Positions 30,746 to 44,190 of a stretch of 64,000 nt of DNA are shown here, one piece after another; position 1 is the first letter of the stretch; every line of letters starts with the position of its first letter. The translations under genes and the position numbers were made by a program. The DNA lies in NCBI RefSeq assembly GCF_009914755.1, contig NC_060938.1; one strand, written 5' to 3'. A model generated the notes under the pieces. It made no database searches and was not told the origin of the DNA. It saw nothing but the letters and a program-made list of their open reading frames with translations. Source of the stretch: the human T2T-CHM13v2.0 reference genome, Homo sapiens.

Positions 30746-32210
30746 TATTTACTTTTTTGTTTCTTATCTTACTTACTACATCTCACTCTTCTGACATTGT
30801 AGGTAACAAGGGCTGCTGACTGCACAAAGCAAGCTATTTAATTAATATTGTAGGTAGACTAATTGATTTTGGTCAGTGAATGTTTAATGATAATTTCACT
30901 TCCTCCCTTGATGACTCTAGTTGTAGTTAACGAGTCAAGAATGTGCTGATTATTCTGAAACACTAAAGAATATTCATAAAAAGTCAATTGGTAAGGGAGT
31001 GCTACTTCTATGAAATATACATATTTCATGTAATTGCATTATCATTATGATCACAATCCTTCTTCAATGTCACCCCAATATAGTATTCTCTGTCACAAAG
31101 TAAAAGCACTACAATTATGCTATTTCTTGCCAATACATGTAGCAAAATATATGTTGATAAAGGAAATGAATTTAAGGTTTCCCACTAACGTTTCTAACTT
31201 AGTGGGAAAATTGTAAAAGTCTTGTTAATTTTATATAAATAATACATTTTTAATATGCCATAAAACAATAACTTGTATAAGTCATTGAATGTATACCTTA
31301 TGAATTACTGTAAATTGTTATGATATTAATTCTTTTAGATAGGCTGTAATTTCCTCTGAAAAAATGCTCCCGAACTCTCTTACCGACTTCCCCTACAAAC
31401 CTATATTCTCCTACACTGTCTTACACCCTTTCCTTTCTCTTGTCCTTACCTTCTCCCTTTTCTTTCCTTGGTGTCTGATTTTTCCTCTTGTTTCTAGGAC
31501 TGATCCTCCTCAGATTCCTGTTTCTTTTGATTTCTAAAATATTTATAGTCTCCAAATGCCCACTGTTCCAGCTAATTTGTTGTACTAATACTTTCATCTA
31601 CTTTGTCTTATTGTTTCTATTTTGTTCATTCAAAATGTATTAAATCATACATCTTGCTTATTTTTATGTATTTGTTGTTACTCAAATTTTAAACAAATAT
31701 CAGTTTTCCTTATGTTTAGACTTGTCCTTTTTGATAATGAAGACATTTCAAACAAACATTTTCAGCTGAGTATAGGATTCTTTTTCATCTTATAAATTTG
31801 GTACGAATTTTTCCTTTGTTTTATTGCTTTCTAGAGATATGTTGATTTCTCATTTGATTTTTGCTTTAACCCAGGTATCATATAAGAGGTTGCTTTCAAT
31901 TTCCAATTAGTAAAGATTTCTGTATCTATCTTTACTGTGCATTTATAATTGTATTTGATTGTATTCAGAGAATGGAGCTATAAAACCTCTACTTTAAAAT
32001 GACTTAAGTCCTCTTTATTGTCATTTTTGTAAATGTTTCTATAAAAGTGAAACAAGATATTTTTAACCAGAAATAATGTGTAGCTATTAAGTAGAGACTT
32101 AACTGATCTATTCAGTTGGACATTAGAGATAAAGCATAATCTTACCTTATGACAATATTTTCATCAAATTGTTCTTGTGTTTCTAATAATCTTGTAACTT
32201 GTGCCTCTAT

Positions 32211-32625
32211 ATAAGAGATCAGAAACTCTTTGCTGCTTACCTAAAATCTAGCATCTCCTTAATTCCCCCCCTTTTTCAAGGACATTTCTAGATTTTGTCA
32301 GATATCTGCCAGATATCTTTTTAAATTAAGAAAGTTGTGATTAGTCCTGGATCTTAGGTGGGCTCTTCACCCATTTCTGGGAGATAAATTGCAAGTAAAT
32401 ATCTGGTGAGAGAGAGAGAGAGAGGCATAAGTTACCATATCCCTTTCATTCTTGCCTTTTTGTTGTGTGAGGCAGTGAGGTTTGGAGTTACTGCAGCTAT
32501 GAGGAAAATAAGAATGACAGAGACAACCACCAGAGTCCTGACATCACCAAGTCACTGAAAAAATGCCAGTTATGCCTTCCTCCAAATTTTTTGTTGTCAA
32601 ACCAAATAAACCCATATTTAATCTC
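32211..32625 (+). mobile_element. Old MaLR (MLT1-type) LTR remnant
   Basis: ..GGAGTTACTGCAGCTATGAGG..CAGAGTCCTGACATCACC..CCTTCCTCCAAATTTTTTGTT..AAATAAACCC. Boundaries approximate. Confidence 0.5.
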
Positions 32626-35188
32626 TAATGCACTTTCACATCATACTCATTATACTGTAAACACCACAAGGACAAAGGTTTTGTTTCTTTGATCATTTTC
32701 ATAGATGTATCTCATGTGCCTAGATCATTGTCTAGCACAAAACAGTGCTCAATAAGTAACTATTATGTGCACTGCTGAGGAAAAGATTTCTCTCTTCTTT
32801 TTATCACATTTATCTTTTAATTCCATCTCATCTAATGAAAATATCATAGCTGCTGCTTTTGGGGGAATTCGTTTATATTTGACTGGTACTTCTTTGTCCG
32901 CATGCTCATTTTCAACCTTTCTTTACCACTTTGGTTTAAGTCTGTTACTTAGAGCTGAGTTGTTTTTAAACTCAACCCAACAGGTTCCATTTTTAAACTG
33001 GAGATTTCAGCTCACTCTAATTTAGCTTAAGATAATTTCCTTATTTCATCTTAATGTGTGTTTATGTTTTTAGCCATTTTAAATTTTTCTTTATTTTTTA
33101 CTGTTTTCGTCAACAGAGGCTTGTTAATCAAGATAACTATTGCAGTTTGTTTTTTCTAATAATGATTATCTTCTCTTACCCAATACTCACAATAGAATAT
33201 ATATTTCTCTACTATTACATAGAAAGAAGATATTATTTTCCCCACTTAGATGTTCTAAACTGTTTGCTCTTTTTGCTTTTCCCCAAATAAGATAAGCCTT
33301 TTAGAATACATTCTCATTCCTGCTTTTCTCCAAGCACTTTGTAAATGAAATATTCAAAGCATGTTACTGCTCCCTAGAATCTCAAGACAGTTTAGTATAA
33401 TTAATTATTTATTGTTATCAGAATTTCCCTTGAAGTATTTTTTTTAAGAATCCTGCTTTAACTCTATAGTCTTATAAATTTAGATACAACTATGTTGGTC
33501 AGCAGTGTTTTCTATCTTCTTATTCTATACCTTGAGGTCTCTAGTATAACTTATGTATAGTTTGGTTGGAATTATTAATCAAGAATTTTTCTAGATGAAG
33601 TAGCTGGGATACTCTTTGGACCCTATCTAGTCTGTCAATATGTGTTGTACTGACAAATGAATTACATCTCTGCTGTGTATTTTTTTATCTTAATAGTCTG
33701 TAATTGTTCTACTTTTTTCCAGCTTCCAGATATGCAGATAAGAAGTCTGTTACTTTCTGATAATTTTTCCCCTGTAGGAAACCCAGTCTGGTAATAAATA
33801 TAGACACATACATACATACATACACATACGGACATACTATCACAGAAACACACTCCACACTTGTACCAGAAATATACCATAAAATGCTGAGACGTACTTA
33901 TTTATTTTAATGAGTCTTTTTGATCTATAAATTCAGTTTTTAACAGTTTTTTTAAAGAAAATTTTTATTTTATTATGTATGATTTCCTCGTCTATCTGTT
34001 CCTTGTTCTTTTTCACATAGTAAGTCTCCTGAATCTATATCCAAGCCTTATATCTTCTAAAGTGATTTAAATCTAATTGTATTTTTGTTTTGTGATTTGA
34101 GCTACTTCTTACAGATTGTTTAAGGATAAACTTTGGTTTCAGCAGTATATTTCCCTTTCTGAAATTTAGTTATTATATATTTCCATTTGAAAATCATGGA
34201 TTTTAGACACAAGATAAAATTTTTTGTGTTGACTTGAAATCTACTTATGTGTTCTTTGCAAGCAGTAATTAGAATGTACAATGCAATGAATTTGTAAAGT
34301 GCCCAATCTGCAACTTGTTTTTATTTCTACCTTAAATTATAAGGACTTGTTAATTGTCCTGGTCAAAACCTTATTTTTGGCATTTTAGAGTGGCCTAAAA
34401 CAAACAAACAAAAATAGTGAAATCCATTCCCTGAGGCAAAGTACCAAGAAAGTGGAAATTTAGTGGAAATTTAAAGGGAATATTACTGGCACTCTCACAA
34501 CAACAAGAGAAAAATAGACCAAAATTATTCATAGTAATCAAAAGATATTGTTTCCAGAGTTGTCAAGGGAATTATTTAGGAGATATTTTCTATAATTTAT
34601 TTTGAACAATTCTAAAATAGGATGTTAGCATCACTCTTCTGTTAGTAATCAGACATGACAGTAAAATAATATGAACAAAAATAAATGAAACAAGTAGAGT
34701 GACAATTGGCTCTGTTCCTAAAGATGTATATAAAAATAAGAGAATATTGAATGTACAGTATTCAAAAATTGAATTTGTTATATTGGAGTTGTGGGGACAG
34801 AGCAGGGTTAGTCTTTTGGTATCAGTGAATTCCATGAAGTTATGCATGTTACCAAGGCCATGTGTAGAAAGAGAAAAATAATTTTACAAAAAACATTATA
34901 TTATTATCACTTGTATAAGACAAGTATTCATACTTAGATAAGATAAAAACACAGTTAAATCTTGTTACAATGAAGCAGAATCAAATGTCAACTGGACTAA
35001 GTAGGCAGAACTTTATTACTGTGGCAGTACCTCTTACATAATAATACAGCGAGACTGAAGCATGGAATAATTAAAGTAAGATAACATGTTTATCAAAGTT
35101 TCCCTAGAGAGAATCTAGGGGAGAAGATCTGAAGAGGCATTGGTGGGGGAAATAAATTTTATGTTGCATAGACAAAATAAGATCATAA

Positions 35189-36743
35189 TGTCATGGGAGG
35201 CTTGGGGTGTTGCTTTGACAGCCTGAAACCTCTGTGGCCAGTGGCACCTTCTGCCTGAGTGTTGCTTGCGACCCCGGGCTTGTTCCGCCCACTCGGCCCA
35301 GCACGCCATGCTCAGCTCACACTACTGGCCCAGATCCCACACCTGCCGAGGGCGAGCCAAGTGCACAGTGACAAGGGGTGTGTGGGCGAGCGAGTGCACA
35401 GTCCAACCAGTGTGCACAGCCAGGCACACTGGCCGCTGTGGTGGGGCAGCCAGCTCCAGGCGTTTGCACAGGTGCTGGCTCCACATTAGGCTGAGGCTGG
35501 ACAAGACTTAACTGCACACAGCTTCTGCTGCGGACACTTGTGTCTGGATGAGGGGAACGTGGTGGGACCTGGAATCTTGGACATGCCAGGAACTAGAGAG
35601 CCTTAAAAGGGGTGTCACAGCCCTGGCTTGGGAAGCCCCTAGGCTGGGCTTCCCAATGGGCCACAGCTCTTCCATCCTCCCTGCCCACAATGTGGCAGGC
35701 AGGGGTGTGTGCTTCAGCCCTGTTTGTGTTACACCTCTTTTAGTCACACCATTCAGCTGGTTCCAAGTTCTTGTCCTGTGTCCAGGAAGAATGAGGTATG
35801 CCAACAACTGGAAGGTGAGCAAGGCAGAGAGGAGCTTCACTGAGAGGCAGAACAGTTCTGAGGAGACCTGCAGTGGGTAGCTCCTTTCAGCAGGCAGGTC
35901 ATCCTGATGTGTGCTGGAGTCTGGCTGAGTGCACGGTTTTTAATGGGCTTCAGAGGGGAGGAAGTATGTGCTGATTGGTCCCTGGGTGGCCATAGGCGGG
36001 CCTAAGAAAAGCACCATAAGTTCTCACTCTGTTCTGCCGAATTGGCAGCCCAGCCTCCAGGATTCAGGCCCTCCCTGCTTGAAGGTGGAGCTTCACGGAG
36101 GATCTGTCCCTTTCTGCCCAGGAACCTATCTGCCTCCTGCCGCCAGCAACCAGCCATCCACGTGCCCATGGCACCCAGCCTGTTCATGCCAAGGGGCATC
36201 CGCATCCACAGGACCATGCTGAGCTGCCCTCACGTCCCCCTCCCATCGCTCCCCCAACCTGCCTTACCCAGACTCCCCTCCCTTGCTCATCGGTGCCCAA
36301 AGTCCTGAGGGGGCCGAGGCAGCAGGAGGCTGGTGTGTCAGTGCCACCCCAAGCACACGCACACTGGCTGGGTTGTGATAGTGCCAGGCTTGGCCACAAC
36401 TTTACTCCACCCCAGAGTGGGCACCAGGAGCAGGGAGAAGCCAGGCAGCGGGAGCAGGCATCTCTGAACCTGCGGGGGCTCGGGAGCTTACTGGGCCCGA
36501 GAGCACAGGGATGCCGGGGCCTGCAGCCGTGGCTGGCTGGCTTCAGTTGCACCTGGAAGGGCGGGGCTCCTGCCCTGCCAGCTCAGAAGATAGCGGGGCA
36601 CCTGCCTGTTCCCAGCAGGAGGAACTGCTGGCTACGCGGAGCACACACAGCTCCTGCGTGGAGCACGCAGCCTTGGCGGCGCCTCCCATGCTGCAGTGAG
36701 CGGCTTTGTATTGGTAGCTGCAGATAGGCCATCACTGCCATCA
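35189..36743 (-). mobile_element. MER52 (MER52A-like) ERV1 solo LTR, 1555 bp, GC-rich
   Basis: TGTCATGGGAGGCTTGGGGTGTTGCTTTGACAGCCTGAAACCTCTGTGGCCAG..CACTGCCATCA with TG..CA ends. 4-bp TSD ATAA at 35185-35188 and 36744-36747. Confidence 0.9.
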
Positions 36744-37739
36744 ATAATTTGAATCGCATATACAAATTTTAGATCAGACCTGCATACATAATATCACTCA
36801 GGATAACCAATCTCTATTGTTTTTCCAACTCACTTTAGTCTAAATCTCATATTAGATGCATGTCAGTATCATGTCTCCAGCTCTATCCATCAGCATCACT
36901 GCCTGAAAGGATTCTAAAATATTTGGAAGGTTTTCTGTTGGTTCCCAGGGTGAAGTAGCTGGAAACGGACCAATGATCAGAGGCTGTAGTTTCCTTGCTC
37001 TGTCTTTCTTTGTTCCATTCTATTGTGCATGAGACTTGGATGCCTATGGGTGAGTTGTAGTGCCAACAATTTTTAAGCTTATATTTTGATAAGGAACTAC
37101 TCTGGACAAAGTCTCATGCAAAGTTCCAGGGAGAATAAAAATGAAGAAGACCTGATTTTCCCCTCAAAGTCAAACTCCAAAGAGATAATAGACACATAGA
37201 CTATTACTTTAGGTGCTAATATGATAAGAGAATCATTATCTTGTATGCCTCCAAGAAAAAAATAACTCTTGCCGCTTCAGAGATTGTAAAATGTGTATTT
37301 ATAAAAATGGAACTATCATCACCCAAACTTTGAATCTTGTTTTGACAATTACTTTTCTGTGCTTCTTGCCTCAAATTTCTACCCTCTCCAATTTCGTCCA
37401 ACACACTAATATCAGATTAATCTTTCTAAAGCATATCTCTGATTATGTTAATACTATCTACAAAACTCTTGTCTATCAGTATACAGAATTCTTATAGAGT
37501 TTTCACTATATTTTTGTATCTTTTTGGATGCTGGTGAAGTTTGGGTGAAATCACTGATGATAAGTCATAAATACTGTCATGCATTCTATATTCCAATCAA
37601 ATGATATTTCTGAAATACATACATGCCAAGAGCATCCATGTCATCAATATTTTACAATATAGTTTCTACTTTCTTCCATGTGTACCTTTTTAGCTTTCTA
37701 TACATCTCCATAAAGTCTTCCTGATACGCATTCTGCCTC

Positions 37740-37925
37740 TTCATCATTGTAAGTACCTCTCTTACAACACTTATTGTCTGCTCTGTTTTGTAGTAAATTA
37801 GTGCCTTATCTTATCCTTTGCTTGCCTTTAAGTTCTTTGAGGGCAGGATTTATGTCTGACTTACATTTTCTCCTTATTTCACAGACTTAATGTGAGAGAT
37901 GCTTGATAAACACTGGATGTATATG
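37740..37925 (+). mobile_element. L2 3' fragment
   Basis: TTTAAGTTCTTTGAGGGCAGGATTTATGTCTGACTT..GATGCTTGATAAACACTG. Confidence 0.6.
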
Positions 37926-39177
37926 TACTGTTGTTTAGTCTGTTGACATTATGTTATTATATTTGTTTGTTTGGCAACACAAAATGGGCCAAATTCAGGA
38001 ACAAAATATTCCAATGGCTAGCAATGCCTTTAACATATTTTACACTCAAAAATATTTTAAATGAATTAATGAAGAAATGAATGAAAATGTAAACACTGAT
38101 TGTTGATTTGTTACACACGTTTTCTTTTAGACCACCGATACAATGACAGGCCTAGATTTTCATTTTGCAAATGTGAAACTACGCCAAGTTCCCTATAGGT
38201 GAAGGCTGTACCGCCAGCCTTTGGTATAATCTTGGTATGAATTTAAGTATGATAAGATTTGGAGCAGTGCAGCCTGGTTAACAGTAGTAAGAAACCCCAA
38301 CAAACAAGTTAAAAGTCAGAGATTTTGCAATCTCCTCATGAACTAACTTTGGTTCAGTTGAGTTTAGTCTACAAATCCACTTCCATTCAACAATAAAATA
38401 GACATAGTAAATGCTAATACCCTTAGAACTTACCTTAAAAATTATTTTAAATTCAAAGGGAAAATTTACAATACAATCACACTTTTAAGGTTTGGCTCAA
38501 TATTAAACAGGAATTTTTGTCATACAGTCACGCTTGTCTAGTAATTAAGACATTTATTTTTACACAAAGTCATAAGCATCATTTTAAAAGATAGTAGATC
38601 CAAATTATACAAATTCAGAAAATTCATATTCTTTATTCAAATATGTGATTTTTTAAAAATGTATGCTCTTCCTTAAAAGCTCATGTATCTTAGACACTGA
38701 GTGACATTTATGCTATTTATAGATGACAGCACTACCACACAGCAGAATTGTAAAAATAATTTTCTATGAACTATTCTCTTTAGAAGATTGTATTTTCCAG
38801 TATTCTAGCTGCCATGAAATAATACATGTGCCAAACTTTTTTGAAATTACCAAAGAAAATGCATTATAATACCATGACCTCCATTGTTCTTATTCAGACA
38901 TAGATCACTTGGCAATTTTAATGTCTAAACCAGCAAGGATAAAATTTTGTAATACTATTTTTTTGGAAATTGAGTAAGAGTTATTTTAAATAAAGTGTTG
39001 CATGAATCTTGTTGATATTACCTATTAAAAACTGACAATAGCTATTTTCTTTTGCCTGCTCAGATGCAGGCATGAGTGTTGCTTCTTGCTCAGAACTTCA
39101 TATTTCTGATGAATGTGACTCATATTCTTTGTCATATATCAGCTCGATGGCATAATATAATGGTGATGATGATGATG

Positions 39178-39405
39178 ACAGCTAGCATTAAACAAATATC
39201 ATGTGTCATTGTGTTCTGCATTTTGGATGTAATATCTTATTTAACCTTCAAACCAAATCTTAAAATATGTAACATTATTTCTCCATTTACTTACAGAAAA
39301 CGGAGACATAAAGAAACTAAGTAAGTTGCCATGGGTCTTATATCCACTAAATTGGAGAGTCAACTTTCCTATCCAGTTTTATCTGGACTCACAGCATAAA
39401 CTCTG
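39178..39405 (-). mobile_element. MIR fragment
   Basis: ATCTTATTTAACCTTCAAAC..TTACAGAAAACGGAGACATAAAGAAACTAAGTAAGTTGCC. Confidence 0.65.
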
Positions 39406-39764
39406 TGTTATGACAGATGAAATACTGTGAATGACTAATTCTCAGATTTCAGGATTTTTTGTCAAAAATTTAAATGATAATAGAAATTTATGTAATAGAA
39501 GCAGGTTTGTTCTGAAAACTAGGCAAGTATTTAAAAGAATGAGATTTCAGTGTTAATTAGCTTTACTTCTTTCATTCTCTTTTCTTTTCTCTTTCTCTTT
39601 CTTTCTGTCTTCCTCGTTTTCTCTCTCCACCCATTTCTTCCACAAAATGATAAGGATTCATTAATATTTGAGCTTATGGGAAAATGGCTGGTAGACCCCT
39701 AAATATGATTAAATGTTATATCAAATCACAATATAAAATAAATGTGCAATAAAAATACATGAAA

Positions 39765-40120
<356 letters not shown>

Positions 40121-40366
40121 TTATATAATTCTGTCACTTGAATGAATATTTCCAGTCATCTAGTTCAATATTCGCTGTTCGTTTTTACTCCAAAATCTCA
40201 CAGAAAGATGTATTCCTGTCAAAGTCACTCTTCACAAGTTCAGCCATAATAGTCTTTTAACAACCAGAGTCTGTTTTGATTGCTTGGCATCCACTTGGAC
40301 TCATCTTTATACATGTACTATTTTAGTTGTTAAATGTTTTTTAATATCACTGCTAGTCTTATGATT

Positions 40367-40438
40367 TCCCTTAGGGATTTTATTTATTTATTTATTTTTT
40401 ATCATTACAGACATTCTAAATGTATCCCTTAGGGATTT
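40367..40438 (-). mobile_element. Candidate 44-bp A-tailed micro-retroinsertion flanked by a 14-bp TSD
   Basis: TCCCTTAGGGATTT at 40367-40380 and 40425-40438 brackets a 20-nt (TTTA)n/T tract and a 24-nt unique body. Confidence 0.6.
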
Positions 40439-42776
40439 AAAAATTAATATTGCATGGTAGATATGTTGCTTCTAGTTCATCAAAAAGCAGAGGCCAAAAC
40501 GTATTTACATTTGTGTAAGTTTGAATAGGGGAAATGCCTGTGAAAGAAAATGAGACGGAGCCAGGATGAGTGGAACAACCTGTGTTGTTCCACCGTCTGA
40601 CAGCTCTCCCAGCCATCCCAGTAAATAAATGTAAAATAACCTCCCTCTATAATATTAATGTTCTTCATTGTCAAGTCTACCACATATGAACACAATTAAT
40701 GGGAAGAGATGAAACAATAACTCAATAAACCAAGTATTAAAATGATAATAATTTCATTCTAAATAATTAGAATTTCACTAATCCATTGTTAATATAAAAT
40801 ACATTGACTAATTGATTGCCTTTTACCAAATTCTGGCTCCCAAGGTTCAAATGGCAAGGAGATAGAATACAGAATTCTGGGAATATTTGAAAATTCTAAA
40901 TGACTTTAAATTCCTTAATCTACCACACCTATCAACAACAGCAGCAACAAGCAAACAAATACTTTAGGCCTATCAGTTCTCCATTATCCCCTGTTTTGAT
41001 AAAAGAATTTTTTTTTTCAAACTGAGATTAGAGGGTGAGTGAACCAGCAAAAGACAATTAAGTTAGAGCTACACTTGCTTTCTCAAGTACTCAGCAATCT
41101 GAATGCAGCATAATGCTGTTTTTATTCACCAGGCACAAATATAAATCAGCTTTAATGTCAATAAAGTCAGTAATGATAGATTTCATCACTGAAATATAAC
41201 TAAGCAATAATGACCAGGAAAACAGTAAGTAGCTCATAGCCGCAGAAGTTATTTCTTTTTTCATCCTAGGTGAAGTCAAGGGTAACTGAGAAGCCTGGCC
41301 TTTCCCCCTCTATTATTAACTGCAAATCATTCTTGTCATGTTGGAAAGCAGATTGTTTTCTTCAAGTGTTATCCACCATTATGTTTGGATCACATAACCT
41401 GACCTTATTCCTGGCAACTTAAACTCCACTTCCAATTAGCAAGAATGCTTATGGTAGAGATTAAGCATATCTGCCTGTTAAGCCGTTCTTACTATAACAG
41501 TTTGAATTGATATAAAGAAATTTATATTATCTATTTCCCTGTGCTGATGTTACCTTGTGACCAAATTTCCCAATTTATTTTCATACTTTTCATACTGCCA
41601 TTTTTTCATTTGCCAAAAGAAAACACAATGAAAAGGAAAATTTAAAGTTTTCAATTTATGTTCTTGGTGAGCTGAAAAATTAATAACATAATAGTATGAA
41701 AATAGCAAGTAGAGGTAGAGGGCTTGTTTATACAATTAGCAAAAACAAAACAAAACAAAACACCCCAAACAAAAAAAGCTTTAATCACAGCAGCCACATT
41801 AGAAACTTAACAAAAACCATCACTTGAAGAAAGATGCTATAAATTATACAATTCGCTCAAATTGTGTCTTAAAACAACATACTATGATTTTATGCACAGA
41901 GTGTTTAGCCCTCAGGCAGCCTGGTCCTTAGCACTCCGGGGCCATGTTTCAGTATTTTTGTCTGACATCTGACTAATGTCTGAGCTGCTAATAATGCACT
42001 TAGTCCACCCATCTGTCCTCAGCCTATCCTTTCAAAAACTCTTATTAAAAGCAGCAACCAATATTATCATTGTCATTGTGATCTTATCTAATGGGATGAT
42101 AAATCACTTCCATGCTCACAAGATTATAAATAATCTTTAATTCAATTTCATTTATAAAGATTAAATTTTTTTTTAAAATTTCAATTTCAAATAAAAATTA
42201 ATGCACCAATTATTTTCTCTTTTAATGGTTTTTGAACCATCTGATTCTATCTTGATGTCATTTTGTGCTTTACTAGAACAGAAGTAAACTGGAAAGTAGA
42301 TGCAATGTTTTTGAAAATGTTTATACTAAAATAGGTTGATTTTACATATACACCTTAATCTTTTATGTCTAAATGTAAAATATAATTTCTTCCTTTCTAT
42401 TTTGACTCATTTTCTTAAATTATAATGGAATCATTATTATAAAATAAGAATAATTTGCCATACAACTGCAAATTGTTAGCTAGGTAAAGTTTAAACTCAG
42501 TTATTGGTATATAATTATAAAATTTGACATTTGACACAAATAAGTGTTCATTAAAAATAAAACTGTTGTCAGTTTTTTTTTGACACATACATTTGTATAT
42601 AATACCTGTGAATTATTTAAAATATCTTCTTGATATCCTTGAGTATATCATCAAATGGTATCATGAGGGTCCAAATATAAAAGAATGTGCTAAATACTAA
42701 AAGTTCCCTTAATTATATCACTTTAAATATTACCTTACCAGATATTTTATTATATATATTCAAATCAGCTTCATAG

Positions 42777-43175
<399 letters not shown>

Positions 43176-43708
43176 TAAGCAACTCTGGTAAAGGTAAGAA
43201 TTCTAACATTGTTCCAAATAAATATTGGTAGCTCTGTACTACAGAGACCATAATTATATTGTGTTTCAATAGTGAATGAATTGGTAAACTCATCATCTTT
43301 ATAGATTTTATAACTTTAATATTTCTAATTGCCACTTTAAAAATTTTGATACACAGATTATCTTATAATAGATATGAAAAGTCAAAAATTTCCGTGTTAA
43401 ATGATAACATTAGGTTTAAAAAAATTATCTCCTATCAAAGTCATGTGAAAAATGCCATGTTTTCTATAAAAGGTAGTTTTAAAGAACTCCTCCCAGAGTT
43501 CAGTTTCTAAGTACAGTAGGTACCATTCAAAATGTAAAATTTCAAACTCTAGAAAAAATGCTACTACATTACAAAATAAAACTAAATGAAATTTTCATGG
43601 ATGATATCCTGAAATATGTTTTCCGACTGTCTCTAAGGACTACACTTGAGATGACCCTGATAAGTACGTTTTCCTCTTTTTAAAAATATTATTCTAAAAA
43701 AATGAAAT

Positions 43709-43824
43709 ATAGATGGAGTCTCACTATGTTGCCCAGGCTAGTCTTGAATTCCTGGGCTGAAGCAATCCTCCCACCTTGGCCTCCTGAAGTGTTGGGATTA
43801 TAGGCATGAGCCACAGTGCCTGGC
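43709..43824 (-). mobile_element. FLAM_C / Alu left monomer
   Basis: GATGGAGTCTCACTATGTTGCCCAGGCTAGTCTTGAATTCCTGGGCTGAAGCAATCCTCCCACC; a single arm only. Confidence 0.85.
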
Positions 43825-43899
43825 ACAGACAAGTACTTTGAAGCAACTCTTATGACTATGCTCAATATTAGAAATAGAAGTAACAAAAGGTCTTTAGCA

Positions 43900-44190
43900 T
43901 GAACTAAAATTCCACTTTAAGAAGGCCAGAAAAGGGCAAAGTAAACCCAAAGTTAGTAGAAGGATGAAAATAATAAATGTAAGAACAGAAATTGATGCAA
44001 TAAGAAACAAACAACAGAAAAACATAGCAAAGCCAGAAGTTGGTTATTTGAGAATGCCAACAAAATTGTGAAGGATGACAACATCAAAGAAGCTAAAGAG
44101 AAAGCAAATAATTAAATCTTAGTGTATCCATAGTAATAATTACATTAAATATTAATGAATTAAATGCTCCAATTAAAAGACAGTGATTAG
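43900..44190 (+). mobile_element. Old L1 ORF2 fragments
   Basis: AAACCCAAAGTTAGTAGAAGG..AGAAGTTGGTTATTTGAGAA..AACAAAATTG and AATGAATTAAATGCTCCAATTAAAAGACAG. Confidence 0.6.

Noticed and set aside
35115-36765. Dense cluster of short ORFs on both strands
   Set aside because: Explained by the high GC content (few stop codons) of the MER52 LTR; no recognisable domains.
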